A DNA stretch of 64,000 nucleotides from Lepidodermella squamata (lineage: Eukaryota; Animalia; Gastrotricha): the NCBI GenBank assembly GCA_047495785.1, contig JBLDXI010000003.1, positions 496,001 to 560,000 on the forward strand. Reading direction: 5' to 3'. The notes beneath the pieces were generated by a model. That model worked only from the letters and a program-made list of their open reading frames with translations. It did not search any database and was not told where the DNA came from. The translations under genes and the position numbers were made by a program. Shown piece by piece: positions 23,422 through 34,579 of this stretch (the stretch's first letter is position 1; each line of letters starts with the position of its first letter).

Positions 23422-25472
23422 TCAGAGGCTGGCAGTGGTCGCAGCACGGAAATGTGACGTTTGAGCTATTCGCTATCCGAACCTGAAATAAGTCGAATTG
23501 TTCATCATTCGAAAATGCCAACAAATCACTTATATATGAACTAGAGAGGTAAACATTTATTAAAAAATGTGGACTGCCTAATTCAATAATAATTAGGTTG
23601 CCTTGCGACACAGTGAGTATACATTATATTTCAAAATTATTTGTGTTTTTGTGGTTGAAATAGATATGGATTGAATCTTTAAGAATCGATTTTGAAATAT
23701 CAGAAAGTAGTTGTTTTGGTAATTGCCATTCCTTAAAAAGTTTCAATGTTTGTTTAGTTATAGTTCCACGGCTACCCAGATAGAGTCCTTGCACGGTAAC
23801 TTCGTCGAGCTTCCATTGTTCACAGATGTCGTTTGCACAGGGTTCGTAAATTGATTTTTTCTCCTCGTCAACAGTGTCGAATTGATCGTTTCGTCCTTCG
23901 AAACGGATTGTTGGATCGATAACCAGGCCTTGTTTTCCCTTGATGACGAGAATGTCAAAACGATGATTTCGCCCTGGTCCGGCTACGCAATGGCCTTCTT
24001 CATACACCCGGTGTCCTTGATTTCTGAATGCATTAGCAATCATTCTACGGACAGTGTTGTGCCGTTTGTTGATGAGGAAGCTATTGTGCTTACAAGCGCC
24101 TAACACATGAGCGAGGGTTTCTTTCTCGGCATCACCGTAGCGACACCGGGTAGTGTTGAGGGGCTTGTTTCCACCATGAGCTGCTGCAACGTCGGCACAG
24201 TTCGTCGAGAATTTGATGGCCGTTGTCCATTCCGAAGTCGATAATCCAGTTTTGTTTGAGATCCAGTCGTTTCCAGCCGGAAAGTCAGCGAACTGACTTA
24301 CACCTTGCCCTTTTTCAGGCAATTCGCACCAACTCTCGAAAGCACGATCCCGAAGAATAGATCGCGCTTCTTTTGCTGTCAAAGGCTTCTCGGAATCCGG
24401 ATCGGCCTGAACGTCCAGTTTATCCAGGCAGTCCTGCATCTCCGACTCAAGATCGCGGCACAAAGGGATCAGGGGTTCGTCGACGGAGAGCAATTTCATG
24501 CAGATATTGTAATGCTGAAGAAAAGCCTCCCATTCGGCTTTTACGAGTCCGAGACCACGCTTCCGTTTGCTTGCGTAGAAAAATCCGTCTGGCGTTGCTG
24601 CTGGTATTTCCGCTATCTGCTTCACCGCCCTACGAAACTCTATGTCGACGCGATGAAGGAAAGATGCTGTCAGTTTTCGTAAGGGAGCGTTTTGAAGCGG
24701 ATAAATGAGCTTAGGCCATATGAATTGGTTGATAATGTTTAGCTTCTGGTCGGGGTGTAGAACGGAGCAATCAACAAGTCGTTGCAGATCGCCCATGACT
24801 TGAATGGTAACTTCAGACTGATCAAACGTCAACTCGTCAGCAAATGTCACTCCAAGATATTTGATAGTCTCCGTAGGGTGCAGAACAGGAATTGTTTGAT
24901 CTTCGTCTATTATCAATGGATCCGTTGACAATTCGCCATTTTCAACGACGATGGCTTTGTATTTGCGAACATTATTATTATTATAAAGATTATTATTATA
25001 AAGATTTAAAGCTTCTTTCTTTTACCGTAACCAAATTGATGATGCGGAAATTTAAATTAAATAATTCCTGGGGGAAATTTAAATTTAAAACTTAAAAGAA
25101 ACAATTTGAAAAATTTGAAAATTTAAACTAAATAATCATATAATTTAAATTTTAAATTTTTTAAGAACATTTTGAAAATTCAATTTTTTTTAAATGTTGA
25201 TAATAAATGCTCATCACCTTTGCATGGTACCAGCGGCAATTAGCGATGCGTAGCTTTCGACGTACAATTTGCTACCAATTTGAACCGAGCCGCGAGCTGT
25301 AAAAAGCAGCAAAATCTCGTCTGACTTGGCACGATGTGATAATTTTCACGCTCTCATCATCCTGAATGGCCGGTACTTGGGCAGAACCAGCGCCGCCGGC
25401 ATTTGCGAGCGGGCAACGAGCCAGCGAAATAGCGAAACTTGCAGCGATCAATAATTTGCAAAATACCAGCAT
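23422..25472 (-). pseudogene. Second cystatin copy, disrupted
   Basis: Exon 1 (25472 to about 25218) closely resembles the 17024 copy but frameshifts after FAAFY and has lost the Q-x-x-x-G loop. Exon 2 from 23482 (VRIAN...HFRAATT.LP) is cut off at about 23422. Confidence 0.75.
23555..24970 (-). mobile_element. 5'-truncated non-LTR retrotransposon with restriction-like endonuclease (R2/NeSL group)
   Basis: ORF 24931-23624 contains the RT end IKYLGVTF, thumb region GLGL, a degenerate zinc knuckle CRYG...ETLAHVLGAC, RHN, and the endonuclease motifs FDILV...IDPTIRFE...EEKKSIY. The 3' UTR has a hairpin CCTAATT...AATTAGG and AATAAA. It lies in the cystatin pseudogene intron. Confidence 0.9.
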
Positions 25473-25692
25473 GGCTAGATATAATGTAAGGCTTTTTTAA
25501 TTTAATGAAAATATTGAAAAATATAAAAAATTTGAAATTTTTATGCGACCGGTCTGTTTTGGCGTAAAACCATCGTTATCACCAATAAGGACGAGACCGA
25601 CTGTGACCTACTGCAACAAGGAGCTTGCAACAACAAGCCATCACCAACACGCAATAACCAATCAGAAAACCACGCCACTTTTGGGCTAGATA

Positions 25693-26197
25693 CAGTAGAA
25701 GCTGTATAATCCGAACCCCAGCAATGCGGACAGCGGCCTAGTCCGGACGATTTTAGGGCGACGGACAGAGATTACGTTATAACATGCGGCCATCGCGCTC
25801 TTTAAGGCGGACAGCTTCTTAATGCGGACGCGTGCTAATACGGCCAGTTTTCTAGCTGCAGTCGCACTGTCCATATGGTTATTTTAGGCTCTTTAATGCG
25901 AACACCGCGGACACCCCTCAACTCCATGTCTCCGAGTGGGTTATGGATATTGTCACAAATCTTCGCTTACTTGGCCTCAAGTTACAAATTGTGTGTAATA
26001 ACCACTCAAATCTAACTAAAGAGCGCGCTAATTAGAAAAGCAAACAGTACCTGCGCGTAAAAAGGGGGGCTAATCCTGTCCGCTGAGGCCGTTTCAAGGG
26101 GCGCCTCGGAATATTAGGGATCGCCCAATGCAGACAGCGCGCAAATGCGGACAAATTTTCCGCGACCGATGGTGTCCGGATTATACAGCTTCTACTG
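25693..26197. mobile_element. Tc1/mariner (pogo/Tigger-like) MITE
   Basis: Perfect 21-bp TIR CAGTAGAAGCTGTATAATCCG with TA on both sides. Confidence 0.9.
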
Positions 26198-27104
26198 TAC
26201 AACGCGCTTATTCTTGGTTAACTCGGACGTCTTTCCAAAACTCAGCCTTTGTGACGCAGAACTGGCAGACATGCCTCCGATAGCAACAGTTATTCTGCCA
26301 AGCGATCTGTCATTTTTGAGAATGTCTCAAGCGTTCGATCGACCGCGGTGAAAGCCAATTTGTGACTCGACGTGACTCGATGTCAAGCAAAGCACAATTT
26401 TCGGCCTACGCTGCACTAACGGTGCCACTGGTCACGACAGTGTTTGTATTTGTAATTAGAATACTTAATGATAAAGAATTTCTGGCATGGTGGGATTTTC
26501 ATTAAAAGATAGAGCAAGAAATAATCTACGTGACACATATTAAAAGAAAAAACTTTAAAATGACCGATTTCCGATTTCAAGTAAAAATCTGCAAAAAAAT
26601 CAAAATTTGCATGTAAAAGGGCTATCCAAGAAAGTAAAAAAAATCGGGAAAAGAATTAAGGGTTTGTCATTTATTTTTTGTTTCAATTTCGCATCGTGAG
26701 TGCGCACTCTGATCACTACGTTCTCTATGATCAATCCACCATTGCTCATTGGTTTGAGCCATGGATAATAATAGATAATAGTAATTTTCTATTATGGTTT
26801 GAGCACTCAATTATCAATAATCGATAGTTCGATAGTTCAAGTAAGAATCAAGTAACTAGAACTGCTCATTTTAGCCCCGGTTTTGATTGATTTTTTGACA
26901 TTTTCAAATCAATGACACAAGTTCTATCCAAGACTTATGTTTTTCATTTTTTATTGAGCATTTTTGAAACTGTTGACGATATTATCCCGAATTTCTCGCT
27001 TCACTGCTTACCAAAGCAGGGCTGCAAAACTTAACGCAAATTTGCACTCAAAACACAACTTTGTGCGCGGATTCCGAATATCTTGCGGATTCCGAATAAC
27101 AACT

Positions 27105-27242
27105 ATATCTGGAAGCTTTTAAGCGGATAGTGGAAAATATTTGCCTTCAAGCCGCTATTCCAACCTTCGGCTGCGCCTCAGGTCTCCATAGCTGGCCCCC
27201 AGACGAATATTCTCCGCTATCCGCTACAACGCTCCCAGATAT
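27105..27242. repeat. Small fold-back element
   Basis: ATATCTGG..AGCGGATAGTGGAAAATATT pairs with AATATTCTCCGCTATCCGCT..CCAGATAT. Confidence 0.55.
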
Positions 27243-27441
27243 CGTATAATATTCTATTCTCGAAAACAAGCCCAAAATTACTCTGCCCTACAGTATGAAA
27301 AGCAAGCAGCGATAACCGACGACTTTATTTATGCAAATGCAGGCGTAACACGCCATAGCAACAACTCATCTCGTTCTGCTAAGCTCTCACAAAACAATCT
27401 TACACAGCAGTCACACCGATTCTCAACACGTCGAGCAGTCT

Positions 27442-27942
27442 TCAATATTTCTTGTAATAATCCTCGTCAACAGCAAATTCGCTCGAGCCGGTGCAGATCT
27501 TGTACAGTTTGCACAGCTTCTTGGCCGTGATGGCGGTGATCCCCCGGCACTGTGATTGCTTCGAGCATTCGGCGAAGCAATCTGCCAGAGTGCGATTGCT
27601 GATAACACTGCCGAGTAGATTTTCAGCCTTCGACGTCGCGCAGCTGGCCTTCAAAGGGCCGTAATCTGACGGGACTGCAAAGCACAGATGGATGTTCATT
27701 ATGTGGATAGTCACGAAATACCAACAATGGCAATCAGTAAGCATAGGAAATTGCAATCCGCAAGATGTTTCACGCATGAGGCTCATTGTTAAGAGACGGA
27801 AGGTAAAGGGAAAATTCCCGATTCAAATTACACTATCAGAATTCTTACTTTTATTGGGACCGGTCCAATTGACTGGTGGCTTGGATTTGATTGCTACTGA
27901 TCCAATGGCGATCGCAAGAACAATCATTGCCTTCAAGAACAT
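27442..27942 (-). CDS. PAN/apple-domain secreted protein, inverted paralogue
   Basis: Signal exon MFLKAMIVLAIAIG... from 27942; domain exon DYGPLKASC...TLADCFAECSKQSQCRGI...CKLY..C. The upstream region is an inverted homologue of 18210-18510. The exact donor site is uncertain. Confidence 0.7.
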
Positions 27943-28305
27943 GGCGTAGGAATTGAAATGTGAAAAATACAAGAAAATTGATGGATTAAAATGTGAGAAA
28001 TGCAGCTACCCGATGCATCTAACATCCGATGCGCTCGCATTAGGATAGGGACTACGCCTGCAGCTGAAAAAATGCGGTTGTTTTGAACTTGCCTGGGGAA
28101 TTTTCTTAATTTTGCTGAGATGAATTAATATACCTGAGAGAAGTTTTCATTGTTTACATTGCAATATTATTCATAATCTAACAGAAAAGCGTAGGAATTG
28201 TGTTTACCAGTAGGGCCAAAATAACGCGAGAAAACGCACCGCCACTTTGCGAGAAGACATTTTCGCCATGCCTCAGGCAGATTTCATCGGTAAGAGAATT
28301 TCATC

Positions 28306-28635
28306 GGAGAACAACTGAGGGTGACACTATCGAATTTCACCCGTCCTATCTTCGATTGTTGCCAGCATTCGTCAAATAGATGTTGCTACCAACCTAGGTT
28401 CGCTCTTTCCCATCGCTTCATTTGAATCGAATCCATTTGCTCCTTAAGGATCTTCGGTTGTTGAGATTACTGTGAGGATTTCCATAGAAAGCAGATTAGC
28501 TTCCACGATGAATTATGCTATTTTGGCTCACGGCACAAATCGCTGTGTTCTTTCTCCGCCGGAGGATGAGCCCAGGTCGAAGGTATTGCCATTAGGTTGG
28601 CTGATGTCGATGTTTCAAGCTTTAAAAGTGATACC
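28306..28635 (+). pseudogene. SGNH hydrolase last-exon fragment
   Basis: GEQLRVTLSNFTRPIFDCCQHSSNRCCYQPRFALSHR... resembles 38020-38350, with frameshifts. Confidence 0.75.
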
Positions 28636-29356
28636 CAATGTAACTGCAGCTTATTAACAGAGCAGGGAGCAGGCATTTTTAATAGCAGGCGTTAACGAGC
28701 GCCTGTGTATCTATCGAGAGGGGCGTACTTCTACCCTATATACGTAGATCGAATGGTATAATTAGGACCTATAAGCAAAATGGATTCCCCATCTTGCCCC
28801 TTTAGATTTAGAAGAGGGCGAACTATAGGGGGTATTTTCGGGCCGAAATATTATGGCCAAAGATCTTCTTGGCACTTTCCATCTCTGCTGAACTGAAATG
28901 GGAGGGGGAGAACGGTGGGGTCTTTCCCCCGTTCTTTGAGCCCTGGGTTATAAAATGGACGGTTATTTGGACATTTAGATCTAAGCAAGATCTATTGAGA
29001 TTTAGATCTACTGATTTCCGCCTGGGTTTTAGATCTGGGGAAGTTTATTTCTGCATGGAAAGCCACAGAATGATACTCCCCCATGTGCACGACTATTTGG
29101 AGCTATAACTATTTTGAGGAGTTAATGATTCATGCCCCTGCGAAAATAATGTCATCATAGAGAATAAAGTTACCGGAGTTTCGATTCTTCGCCGATTTTT
29201 TTTAAAAATCATTAGGGCGGCTCTTTTTCGAACTCATACATGTTCAGGTATATCGTTAGCGTCATTGAATAACTCGGATTTATATCTGTTTCAAGGTTAG
29301 GGGTGTAAAGTGACAAGCCTTTTGTTTTCGGCCCAAAAATCGAGCTTCGTATAAAC

Positions 29357-30643
29357 CAGTGGTTCTCAAACCCCGTTTTTCCGGCCGCATGCGGCCGGCG
29401 AGGCCCATTTTGGCGGCCGGCAGAGGTCCGCCTATCTCTTGCATTGCGTGCGGCCGGACGGCTCTTTCGAGGGGAATAGTCCATCAGGGTTTCCCATAAT
29501 TTGTGCACATTTCCAGCAAAATTCGACGTATCCAAATGATAAATAGCCATAATTTTATTAAAAGTTTCTCGCTTCGCTCGCTGATTCACTTTCAAATCTT
29601 TTAGTATAAGGAGAAGCCTTAGACGCAATTACCAACTTGTTCACGAAAAAACAGCCTTCAAGGCAATTACGCAGCTCAAGATTTCCCTTCGAAGTGTCCA
29701 CTGCACGAATCGCTGGCGGCCTAGCCCAGCTCGCGGCGAGAAACACTCAAACCCCTTTTTAACGCATTTTTAGCCCATTTTCAGAAGGAATTCTGGAAAA
29801 ATATCGTCAGCTAAAGCTCGCTTCGCTCGCAAAGGTTAATTAATTCACGGGTTTCACAGTTTGGAGTTTTGAGGCCAAATATTAATTGGCCAAAATATTA
29901 CATAAAATATCTTTCACTTTTTGACTTTTTGAGAGTGATGGGGATGGGTAGCGACTTCATTTGAATGACCAATCAGGGGTCGCGTAAACATTCAGTTAAC
30001 AACCACTGCTCAAACCCTAATTTAATAAACAATCCGCTTAAAAGCGCACTCGAAAACTTCAATTCTCGATTATAGAGTATAGAGGCGTGCGACCGGGAAG
30101 GTCCTATTTTACCATTACAAGCGGCCGGTTGAGGGTTCATGAGGCATACTCATACTCATACTCTTTATTTATGCAAGTTGCCTTTCGACATTTAGCATTT
30201 GGTATCAAACATCATCACAAGGCTTATGAGTCATCTATACCCATGGTTGATGGTCGAACCATGGTCCCCAGGCTTTGTGTACTGAGTAGCCATATCTTGA
30301 TTGCCGTTGAATGGCGTCCTACACCGGGAGGGAGGAAACCGCGGTCTCGGGTGGATTTGCTTGGCGGTGTTACCAGCAGGTACGCACTCGAGGATTGTGC
30401 CCTTGGCTCCGTAGTCGGCGACACGTCTTCCTGTCAGCTTGATTAACGGTCCCAGAAACGCCGCATTCAATGCGTAGAAGAATGATTAGTGTTGCGGTTC
30501 TGGGGATTGAACCCGTGCCTTTTCGCCGCCAGTGAGGTGCTTGGACCGCTCGACCACTTGCTCCCCAATGCGGCCGGAAAGCGGAAAGGTCGCCAGCCGG
30601 CCGCCATTTTTGACCGGGAGCGAAAATAGTTTGAGAACCACTG
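29357..30643. mobile_element. Non-autonomous hAT (Buster/Charlie-type) element
   Basis: TIR CAGTGGTTCTCAAAC with a perfect 8-bp TSD GTATAAAC (29349-29356 and 30644-30651). An empty paralogous site GCTTCGTATGAACACGAAACTCG lies at about 17396. Confidence 0.92.
30146..30563 (-). mobile_element. tRNA-derived SINE nested in the hAT element
   Basis: Pol III A box TGGTCGAGCGG and B box GGTTCAATCCC at the 5' end, an unrelated body, then AATAAA and a (GAGTAT)3 tail. Confidence 0.7.
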
Positions 30644-30666
30644 GTATAAACCCGCAACTCGAATTA

Positions 30667-30753
30667 CCCTAACCCTAACCTTAACCCAAAACCCTAACCA
30701 AACCCTAAACCTAAACCTAAACCTAAACCTAACCCTAACCGAACCCGAACCCC
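30667..30753. repeat. Degenerate interstitial (CCCTAA)n telomere-like tract
   Basis: CCCTAA/ACCTAA/CCCGAA hexamers; a shorter homologue lies at about 17423-17450. Confidence 0.8.
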
Positions 30754-31069
30754 AATTCACAGTTTGGCTAAAAAACACGATTTTATGAAAGTTAATTTTG
30801 TATTTTGTCATACATAAATGTATGAAAGTGCATAATATTCAAATGTAAACATTGTAAACTGCTCCCAAGTATATTAATTCATCTTAACAAATTTAAGAAA
30901 ACTGTCTCTGTGGGCAAGTTCAAAACAACCGCATTGTTTCAGCTGGAGGCGTGGGTGCTAACCTGATGCGAGTACATCCCATGCTAGGTGCATCGGGTAG
31001 CTGTATTTCTCACATTTTAATTCCATCATTTTTCTTGTTTTTTACCATTCGAATTTTCATCTCTTCGCC

Positions 31070-31484
31070 ATGTAATGTAAGGCAATTGTTTTTGCAATGG
31101 CCATTGGATTGGCAGCCTGTCAAAGCACGTAAGAATGCTCATAGCGGGATCCGCTGGGCTCAGGGCTCAAAACACTGCCTTAAATTTCATTTAATCGAAC
31201 TGTTCATTCTGCGATAATCTTTCTTGGAATTTCATGATCTGTGCGTTATAGACCTGCCTGGATACGCCGAGGTGAAGGCTAGCTGCGACACGTCGAAGGC
31301 TGACAACCTACTCGGCAGTGTTATCAGCAATCGCTCGCTGAAAGACTGCGCCGCCGAATGCACGAACCAAGCTCAGTGCCGAGGCTTCACGGCCAACCCG
31401 GCCAAGCTGTTGTGCAAGCTGTCCACGAGTTGCTCTGGTGTCGGCAGATATCTTCAAGGCGAGGTATATTACATTAGGAAGTGA
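31070..31484 (+). pseudogene. PAN/apple gene copy with damaged first exon
   Basis: Very similar to 18515-18936, but begins ATG TAA and the donor reads GCAC instead of GTAA. The domain exon is still open. Confidence 0.7.
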
Positions 31485-32115
31485 GGAATACTCGAGGTTC
31501 GAATGGGAATGACAGCTTAGTAAAATCTCTTTGTGCGAGCGCAGCACAGCTCAGTGTGTTGAGTTGAGGAATAAAATCATCAGGTATCACTGGTTGCTTT
31601 TCCATACCGCGGGGTCGAGTGGTGGAAACAGGTCGGGTTGACCGGCCGGTAAATTGACTGGTTGCCGGTTGGGCCAGGTCGCGGTTTGGGTATGGATCGG
31701 CTAAATTCTAGCCAGTAAACGGAAATTTTCGGCGGGAAAGTGGACTCTCTCAAAAAGGATAGAGGTGAGATGGAAGTAAGAAGGAAGGGTAGTAATAATC
31801 CTTCTGCACCAATCGCCGCAGTGTTTTCAGTGAAATTCAGGGTTTAAGAGGTTCGCAATTATTGAAAGACTAGTTAAATTAAATAGAGGAATGAGGGGGG
31901 TATCGTACCCCCAGTTCGGCAGCGCAAAGAGGAAAAACCCCCAAAAAACCACAGGGGGGACCTTTTGGCCGAAAATTGGGGCCCGAAAATACCCCCTAGT
32001 TCTAGGATCCCTTCGCACACTGGCAGGTCAAACCCCGGTCAACCGCGTCGGTACACCAAATGCCGGTGGGTGACGTGGATGTGGATTGGGTCGACCAGTT
32101 GCAACCTCGGGGGCT

Positions 32116-32314
32116 CAACTGAAGGTTACACTATCGACTTTTACCCTTTCAATCTTCGATTGTTGCCAGCCTTCGGCGGAAAGATGTTGCCGGAAGATGA
32201 ATAATTGCGCATTCCATGTGCCCAGGTCGAAGGTTCTGCTATTAGTAATGCTGATGTCGATGTATCAAGGTCAAAAAATGATACCAAGATATTTCACGTT
32301 TTTATAAATGTTAG
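32116..32314 (+). pseudogene. Deleted SGNH 3' fragment (repeated at 48922-49120)
   Basis: Has the same internal deletion junction as the 19437 fragment. Confidence 0.7.
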
Positions 32315-32525
32315 CAAATGGGAAGCAAATAAAATGCATATCTTTTTTACCCTGCAGTTTATTAACAGAGCAGGCATTTTCACGAGGCGTTAACAAGCGC
32401 CTGAGTATCTATAGGGAGGCGTGCAAAGATTGCCGTTTGAATTTTCCACTTGTTTCAAGCCAAGAAAAAATATACATTTTATCGGTTATCCTTTATCAAA
32501 GTTTGAACAAGTAATATGCGCAACG

Positions 32526-34193
32526 TCACTTTAAAATATTCGGCAGCGGGCTAACAGTATTTGTTTGCTGAGCTATTTGCGCTGCAACAGACAGAAACCC
32601 TCTCCGGATGTGTAAAGTGAGGTCGTAGCATTTCGAAAACAACTCCATCTTGCGGCATGTCTCCTCCGCATCGCCTGTTGACTCAGATGACCACAACATG
32701 AGCAGCGCCTGGTACATCTGCTTCTGTAAAGGAACAATCCGACCAGCTATCGATGCGTCATCAACTGAAAGAAACAATCGTGAAGCTTAAAGAAAACTTG
32801 AAGAAAGGTGGATGAATTACCATGAAAGAATAAGATTCCTAGAATGAGCGAACTCTCAATGAAGGAAGGATTCAATTGAGCGAGACAATCAGCCAACCGG
32901 CTACACGCGACGAAAGTTGACTAAAGGAGAAATTTAAGAAAAATCTGTCATTTTCCCTCCTAGAACGCACTGTTTCGAAACCTTGATTCTGATCTGAATG
33001 CTGAGCCTCTAAAACTTGTTTAAAATTTTTGTCGGTGATATATGTGAGGGAGAATCCTAGGGACATTGGACATTCATTTGAGTTTTGAGTAATTCAGAAT
33101 CTAAATTCCAATACTGAAGGCATAGAAAGTGGGGTGCTCGAAATCTGCCTGAAATAAGCTAGGCGAATGGACGATTTGGGCCAGTTTTGGTACAGCCTTA
33201 AAGGTGATAGATACAGACAAACGGATTTCAAAATCGCGATCAGGGCCTTCGTAAACCCCTAGAAATGCCGTCAAATATTTTTCTTACTGCAGATAAAAAA
33301 TTCTTTAAGAAAAAGACAAAAGCTTACTTTCAGCATCGGGTAAGATTGAAGGGTTAGTGTCGAAAGCTCGTTAGACAGGCCGAGGGTTGAAGGAGGGCTC
33401 CCGTTAGGCAGGCTGTTGAAGAGAGCTGTCACGTGTATCACGCTTGTCGATCTAATCGCATCCAATTCTGCTTGCGAGAGACAAAGTCGCTCTATTCCTA
33501 TGCAAAACTAACACTTTGCGGGAAGGGTTTGATGACAGACATGGACATTCCAACCTTTGAAAAAAGTGCCATATTCTTCACATATCTTTGACTCGAATGC
33601 GAGTTGTTCGATGCCAAGTTTGATCACAGTTTCCATGTCATTGATATCAGAAGTAGGTCTTTTCAGCGGTACTGATTCAAGGCCGTGAAGAAGAGTAAAC
33701 GCATTCGCTGTGCACAACATCATAGCTTCAGCGCTAGATCTGTGATTAGTCTGCGGGTTCGAGATAATTTCAGGAGAAGGCAGTCGGACGCTACTACCAT
33801 TGTTAGAATTCATCGCTAGAGAATCTTCATTCGACGTGCTCGGATTTGTTATCTTTTCGCCAGTTGGCTTTGTCATGTATTTACCTAAAATAATGAGAAA
33901 ATGATTGATAGAGGAGGCAGGGATTTATACTCACTTTGTAATCCAGCGGCCAAGCATTTGTCGAAACGGCATCTCTTACACATTTGTCCCTTCAAGTGAC
34001 TGGCTAATTTGCAAGGTGAACGCTTTTCTTGGTGGCCTCCGTCGGCGTCTTGCAAACAGACTAGCACATGAGGTTTTTCGCAGTTGCGCCTGAAGAATTT
34101 CTGACACGCCTCGCATGTTGAAGGCTGGTAGTCTCTACGCCTAGGAACGATAGAGGTACAAACTCTACACAGCGCACCGTCGATAGGAGGCAT
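32526..34193 (-). CDS. Divergent nuclear hormone receptor, paralogue A (5 coding exons)
   Basis: C4 zinc fingers CRVC...CEACQKFFRR...C...C...CKRCRFDKCLAAGL, hinge, then LBD-like helices FFKGIERLCLSQAELDAI (H3-H4 signature region), LNPSFIESSLILGILFF (H8) and LQKQMYQALL (H9). Confidence 0.88.
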
Positions 34194-34400
34194 TTATTCA
34201 CGAGGTAAAAATGTGTTTCTAATGCAAGCATATGAGGCGCGACGCCCTGCAAAAAATCGATGAAACAAGAGTATTGATGAATGACATCTGAGCTGCCTCT
34301 AGTACGATGCCGCTAGGTCAACAGCAGAAAAAGTGGAAATAATCGTTTCGTATTAAGGCTGAAAATAGGAACGTCGTATTTGTTACGAATGTGCGTTATA

Positions 34401-34579
34401 TCGTTAGCGGCGCGCCAAAACAACCACTTTACTATTTATAGATTTTAAATGGATAGTACGATCGAGAGTAGAAAAAAATCAGTGCTCAAATGGCCTATCG
34501 TACTTTATCATTACGTTCGGCGACTTCAAGTACGATCGAATGAATCATCTAAGTGGCTGTTTTGTCGCGCCGCTAACGA
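34401..34579. mobile_element. MITE upstream of receptor A (repeated at 51207-51385)
   Basis: 29-bp TIR TCGTTAGCGGCGCGCCAAAACAACCACTT (2 mismatches), flanked by TATA on both sides. Confidence 0.85.

Noticed and set aside
30494-30563. tRNA gene
   Set aside because: A and B boxes are present, but there is no complete cloverleaf or pairing acceptor stem, and it continues into a body with a repeat tail, so it is better read as a SINE head.
30667-30753. True telomere or chromosome fusion site
   Set aside because: The tract is short, degenerate and single-orientation, and it is embedded in a repeat that also occurs at 17.4 kb.
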